From a virus (Duplodnaviria > Heunggongvirae > Uroviricota > Caudoviricetes), in IMG/VR virus record IMGVR_UViG_2698536549_000005: DNA of 10,678 bases. One strand, written 5' to 3'. Made by a program: the position numbers and the translations under genes. The notes beneath the pieces were generated by a model. The model was given only the letters and a program-made list of their open reading frames with translations, had not been told where the DNA came from and did no database searches. Shown here one piece after another: positions 7,854 to 10,678 of the stretch. How positions within the stretch are numbered: position 1 is the first letter of the stretch; each line of letters opens with the position of its first letter.

Positions 7854-9345
7854 GCTGGCTTTCGGTGTCACGCTGATACTGTCGTTCAGTTCCGGCACTG
7901 TTGCCTCCTTTGTCGTTGACGGGGTCAGTATCAAAGACCAGCCCCAGTCTGCTGTTTTCATCAATTTCAGCCTTGCGGCGACGTTTGACCTCATCCGGAT
8001 TGCGCCCGCCGGCACGCACCCAGTCAGATTCTGTCGCTGCACCACCCCGGATCTGAATTCTCCAGGCTTCAGCTTCCTTAACCGGGTCGATCCACGGCAT
8101 CACTGGACCGGAATACGTCGCGTTATATAGCGTTTTCATCGCCACATCCGCCGGAATTTTCAGCAGACCTGCCGCAACCACCATATTCAGCCATGTCCGG
8201 TACACCGGGCGGGTTACCGCACCAATAAAACAGTCCTGCAGGATCAGGTAACCATCCGTGGACTCGACCAGCTCCTGCCGCTGGGCGCTGTAGGTGCCGT
8301 TATAGTTACGCGCCGCACTGGAAAAACTCAGACGACTGCCAGCTGCCACTGCACGCAACTGGCCGTTGCGGAAAGTTTCAAGGTTGGGATTGGGACGGTC
8401 AGATTTGACCATGCCGATATCCTCGCCCTTGCGCAAATCGTCATAAATAATACCCGGGGTGATATGGACTTCCCGCTCGGTTTCTTTGATCCCCGGATCT
8501 TCATAGTCCTGTCCGTCACCTTTACGGATATACAGTCCCAGCGCCGCAGCAATACGCGCCGCTGTCAGTTCCGCATCCTCATACTCTTTAAGGGCACTGA
8601 TCCGCATCAGCACCCCCGATAACATGGATGAGCCTCGCGTCTGATGCAGACGACGAGTGAACTTCAGGTGGATCATTTTTCCGGCAGCGATTTCTTTCGT
8701 ATCACTCTGCCGGCCGCTGACCGGATAATTTTTATAAACCAGATATTTTTTCGGTCTTCCCCACTCATCAAGAAAAACCCCCTGATTCAGTCCGGCGGAT
8801 TCATCAGTGCGCATGGGAACAAAATCCGGCTCCATCGCCTCAAGCCAGAATGGCACTCCCGCCGTCCGTTCCAGACCGTTTCCCGCACCACTGACCATCT
8901 GCGCAAACACTTCACCATCCCGCAGCCAGGTCCGCAGCAGTAAACGTTCAAGCACGGGACGGGTATACTGCCCTGTCACATCCGGACTCACGGACCATTC
9001 AGCCCACAACCGGCGGATATCCGCAGCCAGCTCTGCCGCCATTTCCCCGTTTTTTCGTAATGGCTGAGGCTCCACAATAATTCCCCTGGCACCAATCACC
9101 CGCTCTTCCAGCTTGTCAAACACACCAATCACCAGGTCATGATTGATATCCAGAAAACGGGCCTGCTCCCGCAGGGAAACCGCACCGTATTTACTGAGCT
9201 GATCAGCAGAGCGATTTTCCCGCCGGGCTTTATGTGTCCGGGTCGGTTTCACCGCCTCATAGGCCATGATTAACGCCCTTGAACGCAGTCTGGCTGCTTT
9301 CCATCCGGGGGAAAACACGCCTATCACATCATCAATAATTGCCAT
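7843..9345 (-). CDS. Portal protein, lambda gpB family, 500 aa
   Basis: 500-aa ORF between the W-like and protease/capsid genes; segments such as ...LSFSSAARNYNGTYSAQRQ... resemble lambda gpB; its ATG overlaps the W stop (TAATG). Confidence 0.8.
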   Translation of the reverse strand: MAIIDDVIGVFSPGWKAARLRSRALIMAYEAVKPTRTHKARRENRSADQLSKYGAVSLREQARFLDINHDLVIGVFDKLEERVIGARGIIVEPQPLRKNGEMAAELAADIRRLWAEWSVSPDVTGQYTRPVLERLLLRTWLRDGEVFAQMVSGAGNGLERTAGVPFWLEAMEPDFVPMRTDESAGLNQGVFLDEWGRPKKYLVYKNYPVSGRQSDTKEIAAGKMIHLKFTRRLHQTRGSSMLSGVLMRISALKEYEDAELTAARIAAALGLYIRKGDGQDYEDPGIKETEREVHITPGIIYDDLRKGEDIGMVKSDRPNPNLETFRNGQLRAVAAGSRLSFSSAARNYNGTYSAQRQELVESTDGYLILQDCFIGAVTRPVYRTWLNMVVAAGLLKIPADVAMKTLYNATYSGPVMPWIDPVKEAEAWRIQIRGGAATESDWVRAGGRNPDEVKRRRKAEIDENSRLGLVFDTDPVNDKGGNSAGTERQYQRDTESQHEE

Positions 9346-9557
9346 TAAAACCTCGCCAGTTTAAATCCCGGTTTTCCCCGCCTGCGGCTCACCATCGCGG
9401 CAAGCCTGCGTTCCCACTCCTGACGTCCGGCGCGGATCTGAGAAAGGCTTTCCAGCGTCAGTTGCTGCCCGTTGAAGGTGACAGACTTCCCCTCCAGTAC
9501 GGCCATTTCCGCTTCACGGTACCGCTGTATCATTTCTCTGGCTTCTTCTGTGCTCAC
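9345..9557 (-). CDS. W: Head-tail joining protein gpW-like (about 70 aa from the GTG start)
   Basis: Protein ...STEEAREMIQRYREAEMAVLEGKSVTFNGQQLTLESL...RRRGKPGF resembles lambda gpW. A GTG at 9557-9555 overlaps the terminase stop (GTGA) and has an AGGAGG Shine-Dalgarno 6 nt upstream; the ORF-track ATG at 9581 would add 8 residues and overlap the terminase by 28 nt. Confidence 0.65.
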   Translation of the reverse strand: MSTEEAREMIQRYREAEMAVLEGKSVTFNGQQLTLESLSQIRAGRQEWERRLAAMVSRRRGKPGFKLARF

Positions 9558-10678
9558 AACCAGCCTCCTGATGTTATCCATGGATTATCTTCCGCACGCT
9601 CCGTCCGCAGTTTTTTCTTCCGGCGACGGCGTTTTTCTGCCCCGGCCGTCAGTTCCGGGGATACCGTTTCACCAGAACGCTCCTGCGGGAAGACGAGCCA
9701 CGTTTCCCGCTGTGCCCAGTCCGGTGCGGAGGGCCAGCGGATCTTTTCATAACCATGCAGAACAGCAAGCGCATCCGCATAAACCAGCAGGTCAAACGCC
9801 TCGTTAGCGCCCCTGCCCGGTTTTCGCCATTTTCCGTCACTGCCGCGCTCTTCATAGGTCAGCTCATCGTAAAACCACCGCCCCAGCCAGTCGGGAAAGT
9901 GGATATAATTCGGCCCTGGTGTGTCACGCCACAGGGCATTATTTACACGGTCCTTAAACGCATCCGTCTGAACCAGCCACAGCGCGACATCGCCACTGGC
10001 TCTGGCACGGCGGGCACTTCTGCCGGTATTATCTGGGAAGGTACGGTTAATCAGCCTGTCACGGCGAAGACCATCCCCCTTGAACAGAAACACCCTGTTG
10101 CCCAGTCCGTCACTCCGGCAACGACGCCAGAAACGATAGGCGTTATCTGTCACCCCGGCTTCCCCTCCCGTATCCACCGCCATGGCCATCAGACGCATGC
10201 GCACATCCGGATCAGAAGCCAGCGGCCATGTTTTATGGAACACATCCGTCAGCAACAAATCCCAGTCCTCCGGATATGCCGCCGGATCAACCGGCAGACT
10301 TTCACCGTTGGGACTGCAGCGCAGTGAATGCCGGATGTTGTAGCGATCAACAATCCAGCGTTCCCCCTGCTCTCCGTATCCGGTGATCTGCACAACAAAA
10401 CGGCGATTTTTACCGCCCTGTACGTCAACCGTTGCCTCAATAAAACGCACACCATCCGGCACAGATCGCCGGGGAAACGGCTCGGCACGCTGTTCAAGCA
10501 GTTCACTTTTACGCTGTTCCGTGGCTGAACGGGGCAGATAGGGTCGTCCGATATCGGTGTTCACCACCGCTTTCAGGGTCTCTTCACTGCCGGTTCGCTC
10601 ATACTCTTCTTCTGCCGCCAGCAGTTTAAAAATCAGTTGTTCCCAGGTCTGAAACGCCGCAGCCGGCCCCTCCATCCA
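9554..10678 (-). CDS. Terminase large subunit (gpA family), C-terminal ~374 codons; 5' end beyond window end
   Basis: Frame is open to the last base of the window (in-frame W codon upstream of the first M); the protein resembles the C-terminal nuclease region of lambda gpA-type terminases; located directly upstream of the W and portal genes. Confidence 0.8.
   Translation of the reverse strand, partial: WMEGPAAAFQTWEQLIFKLLAAEEEYERTGSEETLKAVVNTDIGRPYLPRSATEQRKSELLEQRAEPFPRRSVPDGVRFIEATVDVQGGKNRRFVVQITGYGEQGERWIVDRYNIRHSLRCSPNGESLPVDPAAYPEDWDLLLTDVFHKTWPLASDPDVRMRLMAMAVDTGGEAGVTDNAYRFWRRCRSDGLGNRVFLFKGDGLRRDRLINRTFPDNTGRSARRARASGDVALWLVQTDAFKDRVNNALWRDTPGPNYIHFPDWLGRWFYDELTYEERGSDGKWRKPGRGANEAFDLLVYADALAVLHGYEKIRWPSAPDWAQRETWLVFPQERSGETVSPELTAGAEKRRRRKKKLRTERAEDNPWITSGGWL

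Noticed and set aside
7854-8045. ORF-track GTG start at 8045 for the protease/capsid gene
   Set aside because: It would overlap the portal gene by 200 nt and add 64 residues with no protease-domain content or Shine-Dalgarno. The ATG at 7853, coupled to the portal stop, starts right at the ClpP-like domain.
1058-10506. Short minus-strand ORFs out of frame within real genes (1058-1240, 1307-1504, 4934-5143, 5825-6094, 7328-7510, 8328-8552, 9649-9855, 10249-10506)
   Set aside because: They are embedded in alternative frames of tape measure, Z, capsid, portal and terminase genes, with no homology signal and no independent start context.
70-10528. All plus-strand ORFs in the track (for example 1150-1614, 1704-2075, 4782-5234, 5853-6533, 9755-10327)
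   Set aside because: Each lies antisense to a recognisable minus-strand phage structural gene. Their translations are Arg/His/Cys/Pro-rich low-complexity sequence typical of shadow ORFs in GC-rich coding DNA, and they lack ribosome-binding sites and operon context.
1-10678. A defence system, toxin-antitoxin pair, moron/cargo gene, CRISPR array, tRNA or integrase
   Set aside because: I looked for non-structural ORFs, repeat-spacer arrays and structured RNA signatures on both strands and found none. Every credible ORF is a head, packaging or tail gene in canonical order, with almost no intergenic space.

Overview
The whole window is one minus-strand late (morphogenesis) operon of a lambdoid prophage/phage from an enterobacterial-type genome. 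Read in the direction of transcription (high to low coordinate) the gene order is: terminase large subunit (5' end lies beyond the window), gpW-like head-tail joining protein, lambda-family portal, a Gifsy-2-type tripartite capsid gene (ClpP-like protease + scaffold/linker + major capsid domain), a small head-decoration-like protein, gpFII-like, gpZ-like, gpU-like, gpV-like major tail protein, tail chaperone G with a programmed -1 frameshift into T, and the first ~634 codons of a lambda gpH-like tape measure protein running off the window start. Two 50-N runs (2780-2829, 4048-4097) and one single N (3295) interrupt the sequence. Around them the Z-U-V tail module appears twice as diverged, colinear copies, which looks like an assembly or scaffolding problem or a real tandem duplication. 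All plus-strand ORFs in the track are antisense shadows of these genes. I found no RNA genes, CRISPR array, integrase, insertion sequence or defence/cargo gene; the window is conventional phage structural content and I do not see a novel system in it. Family assignments rest on recalled protein similarity and gene order, not on a database search.
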